From an uncultured Bacilli bacterium (GTDB taxonomy: Bacteria > Bacillota_I > Bacilli_A > RF39 > UBA660): a DNA stretch of 64,000 nucleotides. The DNA lies in contig CAKPHU010000007.1 of assembly GCA_934162125.1 (NCBI GenBank), positions 7,315 through 71,314 on the forward strand, read 5' to 3'. Position 1 is the first letter of the stretch, and every line of letters begins with the position of its first letter. A program made the translations under genes and the position numbers. Below, in pieces: positions 39,241-48,224 of this stretch. Under the pieces are notes generated by a model. It saw only the letters and a program-made list of their open reading frames with translations. It searched no databases and was not told the DNA's origin.

Positions 39241-41031
39241 TTATAGTCCGCCGCCACTACCAAATGATTCTAGTTCGGCTTTGGTTACTATAACATTTAT
39301 TTGCATACGTTTGTTACCACAGACGAATAATGCTTCACCTTGTGAATAACGTTTTATTCCTTCTTTTTCATTATCGTTTAAATCTATTAAAAGACTTAAA
39401 TCTTCAACTGCTTGTTTCTTTAGACCCATTACTAAGTAATATGAAGAGTTATCAAAGATAGCTTTTCCTTGAGTAATAACAGCTGGGTTAGAGAAATCTG
39501 ATGGTTGCTGAGTAATGATAATTGTTCCTGTGTTATATTTACGAGCACGACGTTGTACTTGAGCTAAGAAATCTGCTCCTAAAACATTACCTTCACCTAA
39601 TAAAACGTGAGCTTCATCAACCATTAAGACAGTATCAACATTATAGTCTAAACATAGTCCCCAGGCATATTTTAAAACGTTAAAGAATAAGGCGTTTTTG
39701 ATATTACTATCACTATTCATTAACTCTTTAATGTTAAATACCATATAGTCGCTGTCTTTACTGATGGTAGTATGTCCATCAAAATAGAATTTTAATTCAT
39801 TAACAATTGGACGTACTTTTAATTCTAGACGTTCCATAATATCACGTTCTTGAGTTACTTCTGTCATAGACATTAATTTACCCTTAATAGTGGCATACAC
39901 ATCACTAAATGTTGGGAAATCAGATGAAGTATATTGGGAGAAGTCAGTATTAAAATCAATACCAAAACGTTTATATGTGTCTTGAACAATTTCACTAAAC
40001 ATTGTTAAAACATCTTCTGTTATAGATGGATCATAATATTTCATGAAAGCTTTTAAGAACTGAAGTGTTCTAGTTAGAACAGTATAACCTAGTCCTTGCT
40101 TTATTTCTTCTTCATCAGTATCTACGATTATTTCAAGTGGGTTAATTAGACCGAAGTCTCCACCTTTACCAATATCAATTGTATCGCCACCAAAAGCATT
40201 AGTAATTTCTCTAAATTCATCTTCTGGGTCAATTACAACTATTTGGCAACCATTACGAATATGACTTCTTAGCATCAACTTAGCTGCGGTTGATTTACCT
40301 GAACCAGAAGTACCAAGAATAATCATATTGGCATTATTACGATTGTTTTCTTTTCTAATTTTATATAAGAATTGATTGAATAAAATTACACCACCAGAGA
40401 AGTCAACTCCTAATAAAGTTGATAATCCCGGATCTTTAATACTATCAAAGATAAATGGGTACATTGCAGCAATAGTAACAGAAGGTATAGGTGTACCTAT
40501 TCTTTGCTCTATTGGTTGAGATGGGAAGATTGGTAAGATTGATTTTAAGACTTTTTCTTGTTCGAAACGAAGAGATACAGCTCTTAAATCCATGGCATCT
40601 AAGTAATTTTTGACGTTTACTTTCTTTAATTCCAATCCTTCTTTAGTACCTGAAGTTATCATGATATGCATTTGAAAGTCAAAGATTCTAGCTTGACTTG
40701 CTGCTAACATTGAAACGAAGTATTCCAAACTTTCTGCATCTTGACGATGTTTTTCTTTGACTGTTAAATCTTTTTCTGTACGATATTTTTCTTTTAAATC
40801 AGCTACTTGTTTATTTAACATTTTAGCCATTTGTTGAAATGGAACAGGAATGTGTTTAATAACTATCTTAATACCAGACATGTTAGTTAATGATGCTAGA
40901 TAGCCTGGTTCAATAAATTTTGGATATGATACAACAGTTAGTATTGTTGCATATTGATCACTAATATAAAAATCACTTGAGAAAAATTCTAGTCCCTTAG
41001 GAGCTAGTTGACTTCTAATTCCAATACTCAT
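39241..41031 (-). CDS. VirB4-family conjugation/T4SS ATPase (ATPase portion)
   Basis: Walker A IILGTSGSGKSTAAK, Walker B VLMVDEAHVLL, and IIITQQPSDF. Confidence 0.85.
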   Translation of the reverse strand: MSIGIRSQLAPKGLEFFSSDFYISDQYATILTVVSYPKFIEPGYLASLTNMSGIKIVIKHIPVPFQQMAKMLNKQVADLKEKYRTEKDLTVKEKHRQDAESLEYFVSMLAASQARIFDFQMHIMITSGTKEGLELKKVNVKNYLDAMDLRAVSLRFEQEKVLKSILPIFPSQPIEQRIGTPIPSVTIAAMYPFIFDSIKDPGLSTLLGVDFSGGVILFNQFLYKIRKENNRNNANMIILGTSGSGKSTAAKLMLRSHIRNGCQIVVIDPEDEFREITNAFGGDTIDIGKGGDFGLINPLEIIVDTDEEEIKQGLGYTVLTRTLQFLKAFMKYYDPSITEDVLTMFSEIVQDTYKRFGIDFNTDFSQYTSSDFPTFSDVYATIKGKLMSMTEVTQERDIMERLELKVRPIVNELKFYFDGHTTISKDSDYMVFNIKELMNSDSNIKNALFFNVLKYAWGLCLDYNVDTVLMVDEAHVLLGEGNVLGADFLAQVQRRARKYNTGTIIITQQPSDFSNPAVITQGKAIFDNSSYYLVMGLKKQAVEDLSLLIDLNDNEKEGIKRYSQGEALFVCGNKRMQINVIVTKAELESFGSGGGL

Positions 41032-41576
41032 CGTGGCATCACCGTCCTAAATTGAGTTCTTTTTCCACCATTTAAGAAGTTTTCCATTATTACTCTTAAA
41101 TCATCATTATTTACTTTAGATGCTGTTAGACCACATGAAGCTAAACCATTAATCATTAAACGAATTCTTTTTTCAATAAGATCAACATTTTTTTCTCTAA
41201 ATAAAATGTAATATTCTGTATCTACTACGTCGTTATTAATGAAAGATTGAGCTTTCTTTATGTCTTGCATAATTAGTTTTCTGATTTGTGGTGTTGGTGC
41301 TTCATTAAAGCGAAGTTGCAATTGAGCTAAGTAGATTGAAATATCTACTGGTCGATCTGCTACTACTAACCAGAATTCAAAATCTAACATATTATAAAAG
41401 TTTTTTAGACCTATTAAAACATTTTCTTGTGAATATTGATCAAGAATAAATATATTACGTGGATTTATTTTTACTCCTGTTACTTTCATGTTGTTAGTAG
41501 TAAAAATCATTCCATTTTGGATACCTTTTATAGGTAACCAGTCTTCGGTATATACACCGCTTACTTTTTTAGCCAT
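41028..41576 (-). CDS. VirB4 N-terminal-domain-like protein (separate ORF)
   Basis: 182 aa. WLPIKGIQNGMIFTTNNMKVTGVKINPRNIFILDQYSQENVLIGLKNFYNMLDFEFWLVV resembles the N-terminus of Gram-positive VirB4 proteins. ATGA stop/start overlap with the ATPase ORF. Confidence 0.5.
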   Translation of the reverse strand: MAKKVSGVYTEDWLPIKGIQNGMIFTTNNMKVTGVKINPRNIFILDQYSQENVLIGLKNFYNMLDFEFWLVVADRPVDISIYLAQLQLRFNEAPTPQIRKLIMQDIKKAQSFINNDVVDTEYYILFREKNVDLIEKRIRLMINGLASCGLTASKVNNDDLRVIMENFLNGGKRTQFRTVMPR

Positions 41577-41872
41577 TCTTTATAGCACCAACCTTTCCAG
41601 CGATATGTTCTTCTGCTTGTTAAGAAATCATAAAGTTCTGTTATCATAGTTAGAACATTATGATAATAAGGAATAGGAGCAACGAGTATAGCACTTACTA
41701 CTCCTGGTATTAATATTAAGATAGTATTTAGTGTTGAAGTTACAGGTACAAATGCTAAAAGAACAAATGTAATCATAACTCCTGTAACTAGTAGAGCTAA
41801 ATCAAATGATCTAAACATACCTAAAATTAATTGTCCTTTTTTGGAATTTGCAGGTATTAAATAATTGTTCAT
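41561..41872 (-). CDS. PrgI/VirB3-like small membrane protein
   Basis: 103 aa, two TMs, and position immediately upstream of VirB4, as in Gram-positive T4SS. Confidence 0.5.
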   Translation of the reverse strand: MNNYLIPANSKKGQLILGMFRSFDLALLVTGVMITFVLLAFVPVTSTLNTILILIPGVVSAILVAPIPYYHNVLTMITELYDFLTSRRTYRWKGWCYKEWLKK

Positions 41873-41901
41873 CTATATCACACTCCTTTTTATTTATCTT
41901 T

Positions 41902-43815
41902 TTATGGTGTATGTGGTGGTAAAGCTGGTGGATTACTACTTGGGCTTGTTGATGGCGTTGGAGCTGAAGTTGTTGGAGCTGAAGTCGCTGGTGCTGTACC
42001 TGAGAAACCAGTTCCACCTTGTCCATCTCTACCTAATGGATGTTGTATTTTTGTGTTAGGACTTAATGGTACTGTTGGTCCTGATGGAGCTACACCTGGA
42101 GTTCCAGCTGGAGTTGGTGATGGATAAGCATCTTGTCTGATATGTACGTCAGATCCAGCTCTACTGGCTACACCACGACCTGTTGCACGTTCATGTGTTT
42201 GCCAGTTAGCCTTGTATCTTTCTTGATTATTTTTAAGTCTTTCCATATCGCTTCTCGCATCTACAACGTTTGCACCATGTTTAAATCCTAAGAAATCTTT
42301 TTTCTCATCAGACTGCCACCATTTACGTTCATATCCTCCATCTTGATCGTCTATGTCTAAGCCACGTCTATAGTATTCATCTCGTATGCCATTACTGAAT
42401 TTATCTTGTAACTTCTTAACTTGATTATCTCGATATGTTTTAAATTGTCCTTCTCCTGGATCTTTTCCACCATTTTGAACACTTCTAGCGGCTGAACGCA
42501 TGTTATCAAGGACATTACCTCTGTCGCCACCACCGGCTAGTGTACCAAGTCCAGCTGCAGCTATTGTTAGACCAATTGAACCGCCTGATGGTTTGATACC
42601 TAGAGAGTCTTGAATGAATTTTGGTGCTTGTCTACCAAAGAAGAATAAGCCAAGAACGATGAAGACAGTTGACAATAAATTTGTAAACCAGTTACTGCCA
42701 CTATAATAGGCTCCACCAAGTCCGGCAACTCCCTTAGTTAATACTTCTTCGGAAACATAAATTATTAAGAACATTACTATTAATCTAATAAATAATTCTA
42801 GGTAAGTTGTAACTAAGGCGTTGATCCAAGTACTAAATGAATCTTGTCCCTTACTCTCTTTTCCACTAATACTCATATGACTGATGATAGGAATTGGAGC
42901 TATCATACGTAAAATCATTAATTTGATAGCACGAATAGCAACATCTAGTGTATAAGTTATTATTAGGAAACATAGTATTACACCTACTACGGTACTAATA
43001 ATAAACATATAATTAAAGACATATTGTTCGTCTGAAGCTATCTGAATTATGTTTGCCAACTTACCAGTTGTATTACATCTTGAATTAACAACAGTTAAAA
43101 TATCAGCAACTGTTGAGTGCTCATTGTCATATGTTGCCTTTACAGCAGGATCGATTGTTTGACATACCCAATTGGCTTGAACACTTTCAGGGCTTTTACC
43201 TTCTGGTACAGCTTGCCACTGACTTTCAGGTAATAAATTTATTGAAAAGAAAGACTTCAAAATTATCTTAGAAAAATCTTGACCTGCTTGAGTTAAATCT
43301 CTTGTTGAAGTAGTCTTTTTCTTAGATGTAGAAAACTCATCATTTCCAAATATTACACGGCTTAATGTATTATTTAATAAAATTCTATTTTGAAGAGAAT
43401 ACAAAGTACCAAAAGCAAGTCCATGGTTACTTAATTGTTCTTCCCATTCATTTTGAGGATTTGGAACATTAATCGGAGTAATTACTGATAACATAATTAA
43501 AGAAATAACTATACGTCCAACAATTGGTCCATATCCAGCTTTTTTATCACTTACTTTACTTGGATCCATGATACCTTGAATTATTGTAACAGCTAATTTA
43601 AATACCATGAAAACACCAATTATTAATTGGACTCTTGAATAAATTGCTTTAATAGTTCCACCACTTAAAAAGTCAGCTGTCGAAACATTAAAGAAAACTG
43701 TATATAGGCCGCCAAGGAGACCATAAACGACAGAATCAATCATGGCTAAAATTAGTCTTAGGGCATCAGTAATGAAACCGCGGTTCCATGTACCCATAAA
43801 TACTCCTGTAATCAT
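41902..43815 (-). CDS. VirB6/TrbL-like polytopic membrane protein with Pro/Ser/Thr-rich tail
   Basis: 637 aa with at least six hydrophobic segments. The C-terminal tail (TSAPTTSAPTPSTSPSS) is encoded partly by a 15-nt tandem repeat at 41960..41989. Confidence 0.5.
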   Translation of the reverse strand: MITGVFMGTWNRGFITDALRLILAMIDSVVYGLLGGLYTVFFNVSTADFLSGGTIKAIYSRVQLIIGVFMVFKLAVTIIQGIMDPSKVSDKKAGYGPIVGRIVISLIMLSVITPINVPNPQNEWEEQLSNHGLAFGTLYSLQNRILLNNTLSRVIFGNDEFSTSKKKTTSTRDLTQAGQDFSKIILKSFFSINLLPESQWQAVPEGKSPESVQANWVCQTIDPAVKATYDNEHSTVADILTVVNSRCNTTGKLANIIQIASDEQYVFNYMFIISTVVGVILCFLIITYTLDVAIRAIKLMILRMIAPIPIISHMSISGKESKGQDSFSTWINALVTTYLELFIRLIVMFLIIYVSEEVLTKGVAGLGGAYYSGSNWFTNLLSTVFIVLGLFFFGRQAPKFIQDSLGIKPSGGSIGLTIAAAGLGTLAGGGDRGNVLDNMRSAARSVQNGGKDPGEGQFKTYRDNQVKKLQDKFSNGIRDEYYRRGLDIDDQDGGYERKWWQSDEKKDFLGFKHGANVVDARSDMERLKNNQERYKANWQTHERATGRGVASRAGSDVHIRQDAYPSPTPAGTPGVAPSGPTVPLSPNTKIQHPLGRDGQGGTGFSGTAPATSAPTTSAPTPSTSPSSNPPALPPHTP

Positions 43816-43827
43816 CTTGTCACTCTC

Positions 43828-44265
43828 CTATTCTAGACCACATAGATCTGAAGTTAAACCTACGATGTTTAACATAACGCTTACGAATACCGGTATTAAA
43901 AACAAAGCTAGGGCTAGTATTAGACGCATTGATAAGTTTTTAGTAGCTTTTTTTAGCGAATCATCATCACTTGTTACAATGGCCTTAATAAAATCAATAC
44001 TACTATAAACTAGAACTAAAAATGGTCCTAGAATCTTAATATAATTTAAAAGTTTTTGTAAGAGCCAGGCAACAGAATCAGGATCATTTACATCACCTAG
44101 GGCTGCATTACTTCCTGTACATGAGACAGCTATATTGATATTATCACTAATACTCATAGTTGATATATTATTTGTTACTACATTTTCTTGAGCATAAACT
44201 TTAAAAGAACTAAATAAAATTAGTCCTGCAATTAGAATCATGCTTAAGATGACTTTTTTTCTCAT
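43828..44265 (-). CDS. pilin-like (VirB2/TrbC-like) hairpin membrane protein
   Basis: The start is set at MRKKVIL (44265), after GGAGTGA. Signal peptide ending VYAQ, then two TM helices flanking IDFIKAIVTSDDDSLKKATKNL. Confidence 0.4.
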   Translation of the reverse strand: MRKKVILSMILIAGLILFSSFKVYAQENVVTNNISTMSISDNINIAVSCTGSNAALGDVNDPDSVAWLLQKLLNYIKILGPFLVLVYSSIDFIKAIVTSDDDSLKKATKNLSMRLILALALFLIPVFVSVMLNIVGLTSDLCGLE

Positions 44266-44308
44266 AAAGATCACTCCGTACACATTATAACATATTAAGT
44301 ATATCAAA

Positions 44309-44335
44309 ATAAAAAAAAAATAGCAATATTTGCTA
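44309..44335 (-). terminator. weak hairpin plus T10 after the first pilin-like gene (possible attenuator)
   Basis: Minus strand TAGCAA-ATA-TTGCTA followed by TTTTTTTTTT. The stem is short (6 bp) and includes the stop codon. Confidence 0.35.
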
Positions 44336-44695
44336 TTTATTTACGATATATAAACTGTTCCAACAGTCAGCCCATGAAGTTGTGCTTGTTTCACTAGAAT
44401 CAGCACCTAAGGCAACTATTTGCATAATGAATGTTACAAGAGCTGGTATTAAGAATATTACGATTGCATAAATAATTCTTTTTATGAATCTGCTTTGTGC
44501 AGCCTTTACCTCTTTCTCATCACTAGCAATAACAGCTTTTCCTAAATCGAATAAACCGAAGGCAATTAAAGCTACTGGTATAAGAATACAAATAGTTTTT
44601 AGAACACCGTTTTTAATGATATTAACAACAGATCCTAATCCACCACAGTTATCAGTTACATTTCCAACTGCCCCAATTTGGAATAAATTAGCCAT
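44333..44695 (-). CDS. pilin-like (VirB2/TrbC-like) hairpin membrane protein, paralogue
   Basis: The start is set at MANLFQ (44695), 9 nt after AAGGAG. Two TM helices flank FDLGKAVIASDEKEVKAAQSRF. Same architecture as 43828..44265. Confidence 0.4.
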   Translation of the reverse strand: MANLFQIGAVGNVTDNCGGLGSVVNIIKNGVLKTICILIPVALIAFGLFDLGKAVIASDEKEVKAAQSRFIKRIIYAIVIFLIPALVTFIMQIVALGADSSETSTTSWADCWNSLYIVNK

Positions 44696-44752
44696 ATAGT
44701 ACATCTCCTTTACTAAGTTTATATTAACCTATCTAAAAGTTTTTGTCAATTA

Positions 44753-45754
44753 TTACCTTCTAAATAAGCCAAATACTCTATTAGAATTTTCGTGGTGACC
44801 ATTACCACTTGATATTAGACCAACGTATGCTAGAAAATCATTAATAGCACCATTACTTTTTCTTTCATCTAATGGTGGAATATTATAGTAAACTTTGACA
44901 TTTGCTTCATATTCAAAATCACTAATGTCTTTTCCAGTTAAAAGACTCTTATTAAGAATTAATTTGTGATTCTTCAATTTTCTTAAAGCATTGATATCAC
45001 GTCTTAATAATTTATTTATCTTTATAATACTTGGTTCTAATAAATAGAAAACTTCATTACAAATATTTAAATCATCGTAGTCATTTAAGTCAACTAAGAT
45101 AATTGAAACACTATTATAATATTTTCTTATAACATTTCTTACTTCGTCTCGACGTACTGTGATCATAGCTTTATCACCAAAAGCTCTAAAATCATTTCGG
45201 TCTATTTCAATAGCAATTACTTTTTGTTCGCCATAGATTGTTGTTAATTGCTTTTTTAACATATAGATTAATGTTGTGGCACCTGCTCCTCCAGTTACTG
45301 ATTTAACACCTATTATAGTTGTGGTTCCAACACTTTGGTTAGGACTTGGTGCAGCTGGTGAAGAAGATGTTGCAGCCATCTTTCTATATTGTTCAACATC
45401 TTTTAAGCTATTTGAATGGGTTAATAAATATTTAACACCTGGGATGTTAGTTGTAAAATTGTAGAAACCAGACTCTACTAGTTTTGCAAGAAATGCAACT
45501 GTACACATCTTTGTGTTTTCTGGTAATAATAAAATTACTTTATTAGGATCTAGTCCTGATGATAGTGCTTGATAACTATTAATATTTTCATGATTCTTTA
45601 AAGCTGTTACATCTAAAATTAATTTATTAAAGAACAAAGTTTTAAACATAGCTACCAATTCATTTGCATCATAAGTACCATTAATATTTTTAATTATATC
45701 AATGTCTAAATTATTTAGTGCTGTACTTTGTGCATTTGAAACTATAATGTTCAT
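44753..45754 (-). CDS. TadZ/CpaE-like protein (pseudo-receiver plus degenerate ParA/MinD ATPase)
   Basis: N-terminal ~120-aa receiver-like region, a Ser/Pro linker, then IIGVKSVTGGAGATTLIYML. This is a CpaE-type Walker A lacking the usual Lys. Confidence 0.45.
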   Translation of the reverse strand: MNIIVSNAQSTALNNLDIDIIKNINGTYDANELVAMFKTLFFNKLILDVTALKNHENINSYQALSSGLDPNKVILLLPENTKMCTVAFLAKLVESGFYNFTTNIPGVKYLLTHSNSLKDVEQYRKMAATSSSPAAPSPNQSVGTTTIIGVKSVTGGAGATTLIYMLKKQLTTIYGEQKVIAIEIDRNDFRAFGDKAMITVRRDEVRNVIRKYYNSVSIILVDLNDYDDLNICNEVFYLLEPSIIKINKLLRRDINALRKLKNHKLILNKSLLTGKDISDFEYEANVKVYYNIPPLDERKSNGAINDFLAYVGLISSGNGHHENSNRVFGLFRR

Positions 45755-45792
45755 TTTATTATCACACCCTTTTTATTTGCCCTTTTTTCTTT

Positions 45793-46233
45793 TTATTGTT
45801 TAATTATTATCTGGGTTGTTCCACCTACTTGGAATATTCTTAAACCAGGTAATATCTTATTTAAAATTGGTATATCAATGTTGATTTGGGTATAAACTTG
45901 AAAATAGACTTTATTACCATTACCTTCATCAACTGCTCCAGTTTCACTTGCTGTAGATATTTCTTTAATACAATATCCATGTTTACAATCAAAACCATCT
46001 AAATTAAAGTTATTAGCACTGTAACCTAAAGTACGCATGTAATCAACTATGGCATTATCACAAGCACTATCTTCACTACAAACTCCTTCATATTGTTCTA
46101 GCGTTGTAATGATTTTGTTCTTAACACGATAAGCTTTAGTATAATTTACATTAAATGCTAGTAAGCCACTTACTAAAACTAAGAAGACAACGATTATAAC
46201 GATATTTACAAGTCCTCCAAAAGCATCACGCAT
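45793..46233 (-). CDS. pseudopilin-like membrane-anchored protein
   Basis: Short leader MRDAFGG, then a 22-residue hydrophobic stretch. It lies directly downstream of the Flp-like ORF, the TadE/TadF position in Tad loci. Confidence 0.3.
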   Translation of the reverse strand: MRDAFGGLVNIVIIVVFLVLVSGLLAFNVNYTKAYRVKNKIITTLEQYEGVCSEDSACDNAIVDYMRTLGYSANNFNLDGFDCKHGYCIKEISTASETGAVDEGNGNKVYFQVYTQINIDIPILNKILPGLRIFQVGGTTQIIIKQ

Positions 46234-46249
46234 TTAATATCACCTCTTT

Positions 46250-46417
46250 TTATTTTTGAACAAGTACAGTTCCAACTGCTCCACCACTAATATTTCCCCA
46301 TTGACTATTGATAGCATTTTGAATATTTGGCCACATCATCCAGAAGAAACCTATTACTGCGGCAATAGCAATTAAAGTGATTACTGTTAAGTTTAATTCT
46401 CCAGTTGCTGCTTTCAC
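46250..46417 (-). CDS. Flp/type IV-like pilin candidate (55 aa, not in the ORF track)
   Basis: GTG at 46417, 8 nt after GAAAGGAGATG. My translation is VKAATGELNLTVITLIAIAAVIGFFWMMWPNIQNAINSQWGNISGGAVGTVLVQK. It has its own promoter and lies directly after tadC. Confidence 0.45.
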   Translation of the reverse strand: MKAATGELNLTVITLIAIAAVIGFFWMMWPNIQNAINSQWGNISGGAVGTVLVQK

Positions 46418-46449
46418 TTAAACAACATCTCCTTTCTATCATATATTTT

Positions 46450-46478
46450 ATTATAGCAAAACATCATTATTTTAACAA
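46450..46478 (-). promoter_or_regulatory. sigma-A promoter in front of the Flp-like ORF
   Basis: Minus strand TTGTTA-17 nt-TATAAT in the 77-nt gap between tadC and the small ORF. Confidence 0.45.
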
Positions 46479-46494
46479 TAAGATCTATTTTTGT

Positions 46495-47304
46495 TTACAC
46501 TGTAAACATCATCATCATAGAAATTAAAATTATAAGCATAACGCCAACACCGGTTACTACTAACATAACCATGGTTTGACTTTCCATATGACCTAGACGT
46601 TCTTTATACTTTGTTTCACGAGCTTTATTTTGAAGACTTGAAACAGTACGTGAGAACATCATTAAACGTTCTTGTTTGTTTTCTTGAGCACCGATTCCTA
46701 AACGATATAATAAACGCATCATACGCATAGAATCACGTACTGGATAAGTGTTGGCAAATTCCATATATGGGTCAATTGATGAATCACCAGAATTAATCTT
46801 ATCAATTAACTCTCTTAGGCCAGGTTTGAATATATCTGGAGCGTCATCAATTGATTTACCTAAGGCAACTGGTACAGTATAGTGTTGAATTAAAATCTCT
46901 AAGCTCTTTAGATAATATGGTAACATAATATCTATTTCATGTAGATGAGCTTTGTAGAAACTCTTCAATTGTATATAAGGAACTTTAAATATTAGAATAG
47001 CAATAACACTTGATAGGACAAAGTTCAAGAAGAATTGAGAGTTAACAACACTAGCTGAATCTCCTCCAGCAACGGTAAATGCTAACATGATGAAGAATGT
47101 TATTAAGGCATAACTAATTCTTTTCATGTATAATTGGTCAGCATCAACATCTTCTCCATACTTAGCATAAATTAAGAATGTATAATCTTCTTCACGAAAG
47201 ATTTGTAAGTACTTTTCATTATCAATTAAGAACTTAGTTTTATCGATGGTATTATTATAAACTAAGATTCCAATTAATATAAATCCAACTATTAAGGCTT
47301 CCAT
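46495..47304 (-). CDS. type II secretion system F-family platform protein (TadC-like)
   Basis: 269 aa. N-terminal TM, two middle TMs, a cytoplasmic helical domain (LPYYLKSLEILIQHYTVPVALGKSI), then a C-terminal TM. Confidence 0.55.
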   Translation of the reverse strand: MEALIVGFILIGILVYNNTIDKTKFLIDNEKYLQIFREEDYTFLIYAKYGEDVDADQLYMKRISYALITFFIMLAFTVAGGDSASVVNSQFFLNFVLSSVIAILIFKVPYIQLKSFYKAHLHEIDIMLPYYLKSLEILIQHYTVPVALGKSIDDAPDIFKPGLRELIDKINSGDSSIDPYMEFANTYPVRDSMRMMRLLYRLGIGAQENKQERLMMFSRTVSSLQNKARETKYKERLGHMESQTMVMLVVTGVGVMLIILISMMMMFTV

Positions 47305-48206
47305 TACTCAGCACCTACATTCTCATTATAATATTTTTCCCCTTTTAATAGGAAATATGTGTTGATTATAATTACGCCATGTAACAATACTTTTATATAC
47401 CATCGATCAAGAAGAATTAAGTATGTTTCTCTTCCTAATAAGTATTGTACTAACATAACTAGTAAGTATAGCATAGCACCAAACTGTAAGAAGTTCTTAT
47501 GGAATGATGCTCTTTCAATACGATCTCGGTAAACACTTTCAACTAGCATATCGATATCTAATTGCATGTTATCTAGAGATTCAGCAGAGTTTCTAGCACC
47601 TTCTTTAGTTATTTGTAAGAATAGTTGGTGCATGTTTTTAACAATGTAGTATGGATATAGAGCACTCATATAATTTAGAGACTCATCAATACTACCATTT
47701 TGATAAGCAAGTTCTATCATGTGGTCTACATCTTTTTTAACAGGATCTTCTAGAACTCCTGAATTACGAACACCTTCAAGAGCTTTAACGAAACTTTGAG
47801 TAGTTGCAAATTCCATGATAACGTTAGAAGTATATACTTGAATTTGTTCGAAGATGTATTCACTATAAATTCTTTTGCATCTTAAATATGAAAGATAAGG
47901 TACAAACATGATTACAATTATTATATATACGATACAAATTACTAAGTTGTAGAAATATAGGTATGAGATAACAGCGGCAAAGCCAGCCATTAAAACAACT
48001 TGTACAGTATATTGTTTAACAGTATATTCTTGACCTAATTCTTTAGTTTTCTCTCTTACTACTTTAAAGGAATAAGGAGCAAACTTATCATAGATTTCTT
48101 GGACTTGTCCAACTATAAATTTTCTTACATCTTGACCTTTATAGTTACGATAAGCAACTATTGCAACGGTTATGAAGATAAGAATTAGTAATTCTTCAAT
48201 ATACAT
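47304..48206 (-). CDS. type II secretion system F-family platform protein (TadB-like)
   Basis: 300 aa with the same topology. It follows the ATPase, and its stop overlaps the next start at 47304. Confidence 0.55.
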   Translation of the reverse strand: MYIEELLILIFITVAIVAYRNYKGQDVRKFIVGQVQEIYDKFAPYSFKVVREKTKELGQEYTVKQYTVQVVLMAGFAAVISYLYFYNLVICIVYIIIVIMFVPYLSYLRCKRIYSEYIFEQIQVYTSNVIMEFATTQSFVKALEGVRNSGVLEDPVKKDVDHMIELAYQNGSIDESLNYMSALYPYYIVKNMHQLFLQITKEGARNSAESLDNMQLDIDMLVESVYRDRIERASFHKNFLQFGAMLYLLVMLVQYLLGRETYLILLDRWYIKVLLHGVIIINTYFLLKGEKYYNENVGAE

Positions 48207-48224
48207 ATTTATTACTCCTTCCTA

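Noticed and set aside
41811-42026. Minus-strand 71-aa ORF rich in Q/L/H (..HQRLQLQQLQLQRHQQAQ..)
   Set aside because: It is an out-of-frame reading of the 15-nt tandem repeat that encodes the Pro/Ser/Thr tail of the VirB6-like protein, and it overlaps the PrgI-like start. It is a repeat artefact.
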